Assembly: GCF_001194135.2 (NCBI RefSeq)
Contig: NC_068995.1
Span: 52,857,324 to 52,921,323 of the forward strand
From: Octopus bimaculoides
Lineage: Eukaryota
Length of the DNA stretch: 64,000 nucleotides
Reading direction: 5' to 3'
Shown: piece by piece, positions 10,326-22,475 of the stretch
How positions within the stretch are numbered: position 1 is the first letter of the stretch
How the letters are laid out: the number at the start of each line of letters is the position of its first letter
Made by a program: the position numbers and the translations under genes
The notes under the pieces: generated by a model
The model's input: only the letters and a program-made list of their open reading frames with translations
Databases searched by the model: none
What the model was told of the DNA's origin: nothing

Positions 10326-11330
10326 TCCATATTGGACTTCTACATGATCTCCATCTATCTTATTCCGTTCACAAAGCAAAGGTCGTTTTCACTTGCTAAA
10401 GACTCCGAGCGATGGGATCGACCTCAGAACTACCCGGATTAAAATCGAACTATTTAACCACGTAATATGTAACACTCGAAGAAGTGTGTGGCAGGGGTGA
10501 AATAAACCACGAAAGCCTCTGACGAAATGTTAGCAAGAATTCCTGAAGTCGCAAATAGTGGGTTACATCACAGGGTCCTATTTCTCCATTTCCTAAAGTA
10601 CAAATATTTTGTATGCAACTGAAAAGCAAATATTTGCAAACGAAAAAAAAATTATCGTTTATTCCATAGCCACATAGCCATTCGATCTTTTATCGTTAAA
10701 TATAAAATTGCAAAATAAAATTACGACAAAGAAGTCACACACACAAAAAGCAAAAAAAACCCAGAAACCTTCAACTTTCTAGTGGTAGGGGTGCTACAGT
10801 AAACATATGCATACACTCTTACAAAAGCTTTGTAAGAAAACGTAACCGAAACACATATTTATTTTGCGAAATATACGATGATTCTTTTTCTAAAATTCCA
10901 TTAAACGTATCAGATTTTCAACAGATTCAATATACTCAACGTGTGTTTTCTTTTTTCCACCCCCTTTTCTGCTTTCAAAAGCAAACAATTTTCATAATTC
11001 TGTACACACACACACACACATACGTGTGTATCGTAAAAAGAAAGAATTAAAAAAATCTCAACAACAACCATTACGAAACCTTTGCCTGTTTACCGTTTGT
11101 CTTTGAGATTAATTGATGGATATTGGAGAAGACAAGTTGATAGGAAAGTGTAAATTTTAAAAACCAAACATGTCATTTAGAATTATTTAGACGAGATAAG
11201 TGTTTACAACAATTTAATAAACAGAAGCTCAACTTTTATGACGGAGTTTTCTTCGCCATTCAGACGAAAGAAAAAAGTAAAATAAAAAAAAAAGGTCAGG
11301 AAAATTCTTCAAACGGAACTATTTCTATAG

Positions 11331-11393
11331 CTGGTTGAATCTGGTGTGACATTGAATCTCGAAGGAGAAGACACGTTTGAGAAAACAAGCAAG
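11331..11393 (+). CDS. Candidate 63-bp coding exon (LVESGVTLNLEGEDTFEKTSK), phase 0/0
   Basis: TTTCTATAG acceptor and AAG|GTAACA donor. Only frame 0 is open, which is compatible with 8115-8153. The polypyrimidine tract is weak. Confidence 0.3.
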
Positions 11394-11566
11394 GTAACAA
11401 ATTAAACAAACTCATGTAATTCATATCAGATCGGTGTCTTGAAATGGCGGGGAGAGGGCAGTTAAATTGAAGATCACCATTTCACGAACTTCGCTGATGA
11501 TTCAATTATTATTTCAAAGTTCTGACACCAGTAGATAACTGGTGTATATTTTATCGATCCCCAAAA

Positions 11567-11655
11567 AGCGGTGAGCTGGATGAATCGTTATGGTGCCGGA
11601 CAAAATGCTTGGGCGGCATTGTCTTTAGCTTTACGTTCTGAGTTCAAATTCAGTG
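11567..11655 (+). mobile_element. SINE family B head fragment
   Basis: GCGGTGAGCTGGATGAATCGTT..CTTTACGTTCTGAGTTCAAATT. Confidence 0.75.
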
Positions 11656-12114
11656 AATTTGGTCATTTGTACGTCATGAAAACCAAGTAAGCCAGATTTG
11701 TGAGACCCAGAACCGAAGAAAAATAAAGAGCACAACCAGTTTATGCAAACTGGTATCCCTTCCAATAATGCAAAATACTTGGAGAAGAAGAAATAAACTA
11801 CATATAAATGCCTGAAATTGTATTAAAGATGCATTGAATTCGATTTTAATTGAGGTGTATTCACTCATTTAAATATTCTTTTGTTGTTTTTTTTCTTTGG
11901 AAAATTAAAACTATGTTTGTTGTATCTTTTCTTTGATTCTATTTTTTAAAAAAATACAAAGAACAATATGAAAAACAAAATCAGAATATTTCTTTGAATC
12001 TATTAACTATTTCCTGTCAAGAAACCTAAAAATAGCTCTGTCGAAAGCAATCCTTTTATGATTCTACGTTATAACTAAGAATATTTTAGAAGCTAATAGC
12101 TCGCTCTTTGAACA

Positions 12115-12173
<59 letters not shown>

Positions 12174-12205
12174 AACATACCCCCACCTCCTCACATTTGT
12201 GTTTT

Positions 12206-13199
12206 NNNNNNNNNNNNNNNNNNNNNNNNNNNNNNNNNNNNNNNNNNNNNNNNNNNNNNNNNNNNNNNNNNNNNNNNNNNNNNNNNNNNNNNNNNNNNNN
12301 NNNNNNNNNNNNNNNNNNNNNNNNNNNNNNNNNNNNNNNNNNNNNNNNNNNNNNNNNNNNNNNNNNNNNNNNNNNNNNNNNNNNNNNNNNNNNNNNNNNN
12401 NNNNNNNNNNNNNNNNNNNNNNNNNNNNNNNNNNNNNNNNNNNNNNNNNNNNNNNNNNNNNNNNNNNNNNNNNNNNNNNNNNNNNNNNNNNNNNNNNNNN
12501 NNNNNNNNNNNNNNNNNNNNNNNNNNNNNNNNNNNNNNNNNNNNNNNNNNNNNNNNNNNNNNNNNNNNNNNNNNNNNNNNNNNNNNNNNNNNNNNNNNNN
12601 NNNNNNNNNNNNNNNNNNNNNNNNNNNNNNNNNNNNNNNNNNNNNNNNNNNNNNNNNNNNNNNNNNNNNNNNNNNNNNNNNNNNNNNNNNNNNNNNNNNN
12701 NNNNNNNNNNNNNNNNNNNNNNNNNNNNNNNNNNNNNNNNNNNNNNNNNNNNNNNNNNNNNNNNNNNNNNNNNNNNNNNNNNNNNNNNNNNNNNNNNNNN
12801 NNNNNNNNNNNNNNNNNNNNNNNNNNNNNNNNNNNNNNNNNNNNNNNNNNNNNNNNNNNNNNNNNNNNNNNNNNNNNNNNNNNNNNNNNNNNNNNNNNNN
12901 NNNNNNNNNNNNNNNNNNNNNNNNNNNNNNNNNNNNNNNNNNNNNNNNNNNNNNNNNNNNNNNNNNNNNNNNNNNNNNNNNNNNNNNNNNNNNNNNNNNN
13001 NNNNNNNNNNNNNNNNNNNNNNNNNNNNNNNNNNNNNNNNNNNNNNNNNNNNNNNNNNNNNNNNNNNNNNNNNNNNNNNNNNNNNNNNNNNNNNNNNNNN
13101 NNNNNNNNNNNNNNNNNNNNNNNNNNNNNNNNNNNNNNNNNNNNNNNNNNNNNNNNNNNNNNNNNNNNNNNNNNNNNNNNNNNNNNNNNNNNNNNNNNN
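12206..13199. other. Assembly gap (the largest of ~21 N runs)
   Basis: 994 N. Other large gaps are 18767-19145, 22476-22868, 35852-36356 and 39228-40069; most are flanked by microsatellites. Confidence 0.99.
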
Positions 13200-13402
13200 G
13201 CAGAATCGTTAGCACGCCGGGCAAAATGCTTAGCGGTATTTCGTCTATCTTTATGTCCTGAGATCAAATCCAACCGAGGTCGACTTTGCCTTTCATCCTT
13301 TCGGGGTTGATAAAATAAGTACCAGTTGAATACTGGAGTCGATCTAACTGATTTTCTCCGTCTCCCGAAATTGCTGGCCTTGTGCCAAAATTTGAAATCA
13401 TT
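13200..13402 (+). mobile_element. SINE family B (5' end lies in the gap)
   Basis: GCAGAATCGTTAGCACGCCGGGCAAAATGCTTAGCGG..GCCTTTCATCCTTTCGGGGTTGATAAAATAAGTACCAG..GGCCTTGTGCCAAAATTTGAAA. Confidence 0.9.
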
Positions 13403-13863
13403 ATTTGGATAAATTTAATATTCGTTTAATTTAGAGGTAGCCACCTCTAGTTCGGAAAAATCAGTAATCGGGAAAGGCTTTGGAACAGAAGGTTCCGGAA
13501 AATCGAAGTTCTAACTGTATTCCAACTGTGACCTTCATGTCGTTTATTACACTGTGTATCTTAGGCTACAGTATATAATGTGTCGTTTTTAAAGACTTGA
13601 ATTGGTGCCATGCGATAAGAAGTTTCGCTGCTTTTTCTAGTTTATTGAGAAACGCGGTTGAGGAGTTCCCGTTTATATTCTAGTTGACATCGACTTTCGA
13701 TTTAGGAATAAAACCAGTATTGGAATCGACTTCGATAAACCTTGGAGAAGAATCCGCTCATTTTATTCTTTTCGTTGTTATTGTGCATTTTGTTTTGTTC
13801 AATTCTTTTGTTTTGATAAAATGTTTATCCCTTAGATTTTTCCAAAAAATTTATGATCACGAT

Positions 13864-13895
<32 letters not shown>

Positions 13896-14259
13896 TGGCG
13901 GAATGTAAACTTATTTACATGCACAAATACATACATATACGTGTGTACACAGAAGCAAACATACAATTACACACATGCCATCCAGAAAGCAAAAACACAA
14001 ACGTACACAAATACATATACGTACACATAAAGGCAAATATATACAAGTGTGTGTATATGTGTATATACATATATATGTGTGTGTGTATGTATATATATGT
14101 GCGTGGTGTGACCATCTCAACGCCCACCGGGGGAGGTGGCGCCCACTTTGAGAACCTATGATCTAGTCGATGGTTTTTGGTTTATTTAAAATGCTTCTCA
14201 TCTTAGTATGCAAACTGTGAAACTTAGCCCGAAACCCTGTAAATATTCAAACATATGTT

Positions 14260-14322
<63 letters not shown>

Positions 14323-14428
14323 NNNNNNNNNNNNNNNNNNNNNNNNNNNNNNNNNNNNNNNNNNNNNNNNNNNNNNNNNNNNNNNNNNNNNNNNNNNNNN
14401 NNNNNNNNNNNNNNNNNNNNNNNNNNNN

Positions 14429-14492
<64 letters not shown>

Positions 14493-15167
14493 CACACACA
14501 CACCTACAGACGCGAGTGTATAATCCTTCTCGCATTCCAGAATCCTACAAGTCACTAGAATTTCTTTGATTAAAATCAATACTGCCGTTCTGAAGATGGA
14601 TAGTGCACGGGTTAACGTTGGAATCTGAGATTCCATCTTGACAGTAATCACTTGTTTACTGGAAGATGATAGTTCCGTAACTATAGCATTTCTTGAACTC
14701 TGAAGTATCGGAGCATTTCTGCGACGAAGTCCTTCCCACCAGAAGTATTGAGATTAATATCATTTTATACGTTGTTATTATTTTGGAAATCATTCCAATG
14801 CAATCAATGTCAAGAATAAAAGAAAAGAAAAAGAAGGGGGAAAAAAAAGAATGTTGCTAGGATTGACAAAAAAAAAAACAAACAAATCTTGCAAATCCGA
14901 AAAAAAAAACGAAACAGAAATAAAATCTAGTAGTAGTAGAAGTAGAAGTAGTAGTTATTTTTGGCCTCAAGGGCCGCTAACAGCAATTAAGCCCATACAA
15001 AGACAAAGGACTGTGGTGATTTACATCATCATCATCATCATCATCATCATAATAATAATAATAATAATCGTCGTCATCATCATCATAATCGTTGTCATCA
15101 TCATCATCATCATCACCATAATCATTGTCGTCGTCATCATCATCATCATCATCAAGATCTAGTGACT

Positions 15168-15511
15168 CAACGGTTCTCAATCGGGGTCCATATGACCCTC
15201 TGGGTGCCCATATAAAATTTTTCAGGGCCCACACCAGCAAAATAGCAAACTGGCGATCCACGGTAGTACATTAAGAGTCCGTGAAAAAGTTTTGCTTTAA
15301 ATAAATTCATTGCAGAAACAGCTGGGTTTCTTTCTCAGACATTTTACATAGTTCAACCTTCACAAGTTAATGTGTGAAAAACAAAATAGGAATTTTGAAA
15401 GAAGTTGCTATAAAACTACTTTTTAGAAATCGAATGGCTATGGGGGTCCACCAGTAATCAAATAGTAACCAAAGGAGTCCATAGAAAAAGAAAAATGGTT
15501 GCGAACGACTG
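15168..15511. mobile_element. hAT (Charlie-like) non-autonomous DNA transposon, degenerate
   Basis: Termini CAACGGTTCTCAA and TTGCGAACGACTG resemble the CAGYGGTTCTCAA TIR typical of hAT MITEs (9/13 self-complementary). No 8-bp TSD was recovered. Confidence 0.55.
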
Positions 15512-15782
15512 CATTAATTAATGCAGCCAGTCGTTGGGGTACCAGTAGATATAGCAGGAGCGGAAGGAGGTAAGCCAGACAGACCCAGCACATGATACTG
15601 AACGGTTTCGATGCATAGTTTATGAAAACCAAGAGGGGTTGGGAACTAAAAAAGCAAAGGTGATTTCGGTGGGATTTGAACTCGAAATGCTGAGAGCCGA
15701 AATATATTAAAAGGGAAATTACCCGACGTTCGAGCAACCCAGCCAATTCTTCTTATACGTGTATGTAGATGTATATATATTC

Positions 15783-15970
15783 TTTTGTTCTTTTATTTGT
15801 TTGTCATTTGACTACCGCCATGCTGGAGCACCGCCTTTAGTCGAACAAGTCGACCCCAGGACTTATTCTCTGTGAGCTTAGTACTTATCCTATCGGTATC
15901 TTTCGCTGAACCGCTAAGTTACGGAGACGTAAGCGCACCAACATCGGTTATCAAGCGACGGTGGGGGACA

Positions 15971-16006
<36 letters not shown>

Positions 16007-16160
16007 CACACACTCATATATGATGGGTTTCTTTCAGTTTCCCTCTACCAGATCCACTCACAAGGCTTTGGTCAACCCTAGGCTATAGTAGAAGACACTT
16101 GCCCAAGGTGCTACGCAGTGAGACTGAACCTGGAACCATCTGGTTGGTAAGCACTCCTGC
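15783..16160 (-). mobile_element. SINE family A, near full length, with internal (CA)n
   Basis: CATGCTGGAGCACCGCC tail, GAACCGCTAAGTTACGG, GACACTTGCCCAAGGTG, GAGACTGAACC head. Confidence 0.9.
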
Positions 16161-16345
16161 ATCTCTATATATAAAAGTATGTATGCATGCATGTGTGTGT
16201 GTGTGTGTGTAAAAGTATACATATATACATACACACATATATATGTATGTGTATATATATGGATATATATATATGTGTACATATATAACTCATATATACA
16301 CACACACACATAAATATACATACATATATATGCATACATATACAC

Positions 16346-16395
<50 letters not shown>

Positions 16396-16534
16396 NNNNN
16401 NNNNNNNNNNNNNNNNNNNNNNNNNNNNNNNNNNNNNNNNNNNNNNNNNNNNNNNNNNNNNNNNNNNNNNNNNNNNNNNNNNNNNNNNNNNNNNNNNNNN
16501 NNNNNNNNNNNNNNNNNNNNNNNNNNNNNNNNNN

Positions 16535-16590
<56 letters not shown>

Positions 16591-17589
16591 AAACGGTCGT
16601 ACTTCAATTCTGACTTTTTATTGACAATATATATAATTCTTCCTATTTCTTTATTCGTTAGTTGTCCATTACGTTCTGTGCGAAATAATAAATATCTCTG
16701 CTCCATCGGCATCTCGAAAACGTGACGTAGACAGTTCATCATTCTATTGTTTCTCAGGCCTATAATAAAACTAGCAATAAACCGCTGCACTAAAACCATT
16801 CCTTGCAGAAGGTAACGGCAGGAAGGTCTTGAAATATCGGTGATGGAACTGGGAAAGTTATTGTTGCAAATGATATATAGGAGAGTAATAAGGAAATAGG
16901 AAAACCCCGAATAAAAGACATGCGCACACATATATGCATGCGTGTATGTATGCATGCATGTATGTATGTATGTATGTATGTATGTATGTATTTGATAAAT
17001 ATATTTTTGCATGTATGTACATACATAATACCTACGTATATAAATATATATATATATATTGTATATATATATATNNNNNNNNNNCACACACTTATACATA
17101 CATGCACAAACACATACACTCACAGACATGTATGTCTGTTAACTGGAGCGTAATCGTGTTTTCAAAATATATTATTAAAAGGGGAAACTGCTTCTCTGCC
17201 CCCCCTCTCTCTAACACACACACACAAATACACATATTAGTTTATATAGCATATGAAGAAGACTGAAGAATGGATCGATATCCGATCGAATTACAGTTGT
17301 CAAATAGAAACGTGGGAAAAAAATCAAGTTAATATTCCGGAAAAGACAGAAACTACTCCCGGAGTTATATGGCCGTAAACAATAATAATGGCGGACTCAG
17401 TCCTGTCGAAGATGAATTCTTTTCCAACTTCAGTACGAGAGAGCTTCATATAAGCCACTGTCATTATAGTTATAATAGGGATTGACGAAATAAAATACTT
17501 CGTGGTCGAGTGCGGTCGTTGTATTTCTATATTACCTAATATTTACGTCTGTTATTTTGCTTCCTAATGTTTTGCGTGAAGTGCTATTT

Positions 17590-17765
17590 TACATAATGTC
17601 AAAGCGCTTGGCCTATCGGTTAAGGCGTTGCCCTTACGATCGCAAGGTCGTCAACTCGATTCCAAGACCGGCGATGCGTCGTGTTTTTGAACAAAACAGT
17701 TCATTCCACGTTACTCCAGTCCGTTCAGGTGTAAATAGGCAACCCTGCGATGGACTGGCGTACAA
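17590..17765 (+). mobile_element. Degenerate tRNA-derived SINE with CCCTGCGATGGACTGGCG block
   Basis: TTGGCCTATCGGTTAAGG (A-box-like), AACTCGATTCC (B-box-like), AACCCTGCGATGGACTGGCG at ~17742-17761. Confidence 0.6.
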
Positions 17766-18005
17766 ACAAGCATGCATACATACGTACACATATTGTTGGA
17801 TGGCCGTTGATTGCTCATGAGCTCTTCCGCCCTTTGACAGGTCTTATCTATCGCCTTCTAGGTAGTCCAACAATCACCCGCTTCACCAAACAAGCTTGAT
17901 GGGGGGGGGGGGCGGTTGCTAATTTAATCGCCGACGACCCGACCAAGTTGTGCTGGGTTACATGTTACCAGTAGCGCCTAAGAGCTACCTGACATACATA
18001 TATAC

Positions 18006-18332
18006 ACAGCCTGCTCGTGAAATTAACGTACAAGTGGCTGAGCACTCCACAGACACGTGTACCCTTAACGTAGTTCTCGGGGAGATTCAGCGTGACACAG
18101 CGTGTGACAAGGTTGGCCCCTTTGAAATACAGGTGCAATAGAAACAGGAAGAAAGTGTGAAAGTTGTGCTGAAAGAGCACAGCAGGGTTCACCCCCGCCC
18201 CTGCCGGAGCTTCGTGGAGTTTTAGTTGTTTCCGCTCAATAAACACTCACAACGCCCGATCTGGGAATCCTAAGAAATCGCGATCCTACGATCGCGAGTC
18301 CGCTGCCCTAACCACTGGGCCATTGCGCCCCC
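18006..18332 (-). mobile_element. SINE family C, near full length
   Basis: Reverse complement GGGGGCGCAATGGCCCAGTGGTTAGGGCAGCGGACTC (tRNA-like head)...GTCACGCTGAATCTCCCCGAGAACTACGTTAAGGGTACACGTGTCTGTGG; collinear with 45718-46075. Confidence 0.9.
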
Positions 18333-18630
18333 ACTATATATACATATATATATAGTGTGTGTGTACGTGTGTGTGTGTAAACATAAATGTATACGTTACA
18401 CCGCTATATCGAATATGGAGGCAGCAATATCTTTAGATATATAACCGAGAAAATTTAACCAGCGATATAAGTTGTCTGTATGTAGAACAATTTTAGCGTT
18501 AAAACTAAACACTTTTAACGCACCAGTAACACGTCACATGATATGTTTATGTTATTCTGATATATTTTGCTTTAGTAATTTCATCTTAAACATTTTTACG
18601 TGAGATGTTTTACGAAAATAGGTGGATGAG

Positions 18631-19345
18631 TGAGTAGGAGGTTGGCTGCGAAACCACAAGCGTGCGGTACCTTGAGGAAGATTTATTTTTCACTTTAACC
18701 CCAGCTCGACCAAAGATTTCAATCAATTTGCAAAGCAGAAACTATGTGGAAGTTCTTCGTGTGTATNNNNNNNNNNNNNNNNNNNNNNNNNNNNNNNNNN
18801 NNNNNNNNNNNNNNNNNNNNNNNNNNNNNNNNNNNNNNNNNNNNNNNNNNNNNNNNNNNNNNNNNNNNNNNNNNNNNNNNNNNNNNNNNNNNNNNNNNNN
18901 NNNNNNNNNNNNNNNNNNNNNNNNNNNNNNNNNNNNNNNNNNNNNNNNNNNNNNNNNNNNNNNNNNNNNNNNNNNNNNNNNNNNNNNNNNNNNNNNNNNN
19001 NNNNNNNNNNNNNNNNNNNNNNNNNNNNNNNNNNNNNNNNNNNNNNNNNNNNNNNNNNNNNNNNNNNNNNNNNNNNNNNNNNNNNNNNNNNNNNNNNNNN
19101 NNNNNNNNNNNNNNNNNNNNNNNNNNNNNNNNNNNNNNNNNNNNNGAGACTGTGTTTGTCCCCACCATCGCTTGACAACTGGTGCTTGTGTGTTTACGTC
19201 CCCGAAACATAACGGTTCGGCAAAAAGAGACTGATAGAATAAGTACTAGGCTTACAAAGAATAAGTCCTGAGGTTGATTTCTTCGACTAAAAGGCGTTGC
19301 TTCAGCATGGCCGCAGTTAAATGACTGAAACAAGTAAAAGAATAA
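18631..19345 (+). mobile_element. SINE family A spanning an N gap
   Basis: Degenerate head at 18631-18760. Clear 3' half at 19146-19345 (GGTTCGGCAAAAAGAGACTGATAGAATAAGTAC..CAGCATGGCCGCAG..GTAAAAGA). Confidence 0.75.
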
Positions 19346-21156
19346 AATAATATATATATGTATGTATTGGATTTTTCCGCATTTTCTCCCTGTCCCTTAT
19401 CTTAAATTATCTCCTTTTGCTTTCCTGGGACTCTCGATTTAATCCGGAAGCACCCTTTACACGATGACATTTTACAGCCTCGCGTAATAACCATCGCGTT
19501 ATAGCGAAGATGCGTTGCTTTGCTCCTAAGGAGAAGGAAAAATATGTAGTGCGTTTGCATTACGTTTTTACGACGACACAATGTGCGAACATTTGCATTT
19601 TTGACAAATATCACTCAGTAGGTTGTCGGAATTTCAGAGCTGCGTGCATTTAGAGTGCATGTGTCGGCTAGACGAGTACTTTAAGGCAGTAAATGGATTG
19701 CGCTTAGGATTATAAGCACGCATACGCATTCTGTGAGGAGAGAGAGGGAGAGGGGGAGAGAAGGAGTGAAGGTGGGAGGAGAAGGAGGAAAGAATTAAGA
19801 TCGATGTAATCAGCGCATGTTTGTATGTGTTAGAAATTAATTGAAAACTGCTCGTCATTGATGTTAAGGAGAAGGGGTAGAAAAAGGTTGGGCGACTGAA
19901 GATGGTTGGTGGAAAACCTGAATTAAATAGTTTAGGAATGGAGTAGAGTAGGAATAGAGGAGTGGAGTAAAGTGCAGTGGAGTAGAGTTGAGTTGAGGGG
20001 GGGGGGAGGAATGGAGTGGAAATCGGAGGATTCTGGAATTGAGCAACCAGCGTGAAAATTAAGCATTCTGTGGGTGGAGCGAAGGAGAGTTCTTCAGAAG
20101 ATTTCATACCTAACATGCTGATTGCAAATATTATATTGAAGTTGGCGACCGCGTTACGTTACCATTGGTGACAACAAAAACATCAACAACGATTATTATT
20201 ATTATTATTATTGTTATTATTATTACGTTGCTGGTAGTTTTTATAAACCGTTGCCGACGTCTACATTTCTGTTGCTGGCATATAGACAGACTGACAGACA
20301 GACATGTTACATTATAGGCAAACAGTCTACGCAAGATTCTAAGATGCAAAACTTTCAGTAGTCGAGGAATTTTCTCTGGAATGCATCAGCTGTCTCAACT
20401 ATCATATCTTTGTCTTATCTATATGTCTGCTTGTCTGTCTGTTAATCCGTCTTTCTGTCTTTCTGTCTTTCTTGTCTACCTTCGTCTCCTTGCAAGACTG
20501 TCGTCTGCATTTCGGATCGTCTGCTTTGCTGTTTGTACGTCTGCCAAGTTCTTTTTTGTATATTTTTCCTGCAAAATGTCACAGAGTGCCACAGGGTAGA
20601 AAGCATGCAACTAGCGGTAGTGTTGTTGCTGTTGTTGTTGATAAAGATGAAAATGCTGATAATGATAATGATGATGATGATGATGTCGATAACAACGACG
20701 ATGACGATGACGAGGGCGCTTATGAGTAAGATGGTTGTAATTATTAGAGATGACGAAAAAATTTTATAATGATTGCAAAACGCAATAAAATAGACATACT
20801 TAAAAAATTCCATCTTGTCTATTATTTCAATAAAAAAACTTCTACATCACCCATTTCTCACGGAATGTTTATAATTTAACCAGTTTGAAAAAATAATGAG
20901 GACATCCATGAGTGTGGTCGTTTGTATGGTTAAAAAGTAATAGCAGTTAAAATCTCTCTTATACCTCTTTCAAAAGACTGGACGGGCATGGTTGGAGTTC
21001 CTTTGATCTATTCGATTAACCTGGTAGATAACCGGATACAACAACAGCAACAGCAAGTCTAGCTTCCAAGGACTCAGTAACAGAGTCATATTGAATAAAT
21101 TGTCTCTTCATACCCCTATAAACTTGTGTAGCACTCTAACCATTCGGCCACGCTCC

Positions 21157-21196
<40 letters not shown>

Positions 21197-21206
21197 NNNN
21201 NNNNNN

Positions 21207-21250
<44 letters not shown>

Positions 21251-21254
21251 TATT

Positions 21255-21436
21255 CTATATTTCAGAAATGAGGAATTCTGTACATTATTTGCATTATTTA
21301 CATTGGACAGATATGTGTCCTCACCTTGTTGTTACCACAACGTTTCGGCTGATTTACTCTCCAGCCTTCATCAGGTGTCCTGGTGGAATTTTGACCCCAG
21401 CCCTGGGTTCTCATTCTTAAGGTATTTTTTGCTGAT
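21255..21436 (-). mobile_element. Penelope-like element terminal repeat fragment carrying a hammerhead motif
   Basis: Minus strand CCTGATGAAGGCTGGAGAGTAAATCAGCCGAAACGTTG, the signature of Penelope-like terminal repeats. No coding part is visible, so the boundaries are approximate. Confidence 0.65.
21336..21377 (-). ncRNA. Minimal type I hammerhead ribozyme motif (Penelope-type)
   Basis: CAC-CUGAUGA-A-GGCUG(GAGAGUAAAU)CAGCC-GAA-ACGU-U-GUG: intact core, 5-bp stem II, palindromic ACGU stem III, 3-bp stem I. Confidence 0.7.
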
Positions 21437-21440
21437 ATTA

Positions 21441-21642
21441 ATTATTATTATTATTGTTCAGTAGTTTTATTTTTATAACGTGCTTTCACTTCACTACCGA
21501 GCGCAGCTCTGTGCGCCTTGGGTATGTGCTGTGGTTTGCTGTGGTGCTTTTATGTTTACTGTATTGAAAGTGTTTTGCGTAGAATGTGTGCAGTACCCAG
21601 TAGTGCAATTTTCTGTATGTTACATATATTTGTAAGTCCTGG
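21441..21642 (-). mobile_element. Dong/R4-clade non-LTR retrotransposon 3' end
   Basis: 21556-21642 translates PGLTNICNIQKIALLGTAHILRKTLSIQ*, matching the conserved R4/Dong C-terminal (L/I)QK.ALLGTA.ILR motif. It is followed by a 3' UTR and a (TAA)n tail at ~21441-21455. Confidence 0.85.
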
Positions 21643-22426
21643 NNNNNNNNNNTGTAATATATATATATACACACACACACATATATTTATATGCACATAC
21701 ATGCACACACATATATCTATATGCACACACATACATACACACACACTCTCTCTCTCTCACACACACATACACACACACACACACACATATATACATGGAT
21801 CTGACCTTCATAAGACACTTCCACGTGTGCAGTGTTATTTTGTAAGTCTATATAAGCTTGTTATTTTTTTGTGCGTATGTGTGTGTATGTCAGAGTCCCT
21901 GTGTATGTTCAATATGTAAATATATTGGAAGGTGTGTAACATTTTTATTCCAATTAACTAAAACTTAGTTACGTCATGTAGAAAATTTCAATTCTTTTTT
22001 TCATTGATTATTTTTCTTGCTGCTATTCCATAGTATTTTATTCATTTATTTATTTTATTTATTTATCTATTTTTTTCTTTTACCATTTTCTTTTGTGTTC
22101 TTCAAATTATTTCCCAGCTTTCCGCCTCTCTTCACACCAGACATAGTTTCCATTGTTCTTCACGTCACTCTATTGTTTTTTTTTTTAAGCAGAATAATGA
22201 AGCGTCCAAAATAAGCAGATTGATGAGAGAATTAATGTGTGTGTGTGTGTGTGTTTGTATGCATGGATATACACATACACGCTACACACACACACTTACA
22301 CATACACACACAGATATATATACATATATACATATATATATATATATGTATATATGTATATATGTATGTATGTGTTTACGTATAAGTATAAATATCTTCA
22401 TATATTTATGTATATATATATATATG

Positions 22427-22475
<49 letters not shown>

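Noticed and set aside
12108-13310. 300-400 aa ORFs here and at 18662-19333, 22220-23026, 35666-36403 and 39168-40171
   Set aside because: They consist of X residues from N gaps.
14120-14159. CCCACTTTGAGAACCTATG, resembling a hAT MITE end
   Set aside because: The partner terminus was not found; too short to call as an element.
14530-14750. ~85-codon open frame on the minus strand (..KMESQIPTLTRALSIFRTAV..)
   Set aside because: No recognisable motif and no good donor site; cannot be supported without a search.
17271-17300. CTGAAGA..GGAT-CGAT-ATCC hammerhead-like start (also CTGACGAAG at 42499 and TTTCG..CTCCAGCC at ~23575)
   Set aside because: No correctly placed GAAA/UH core, so these are not hammerheads.
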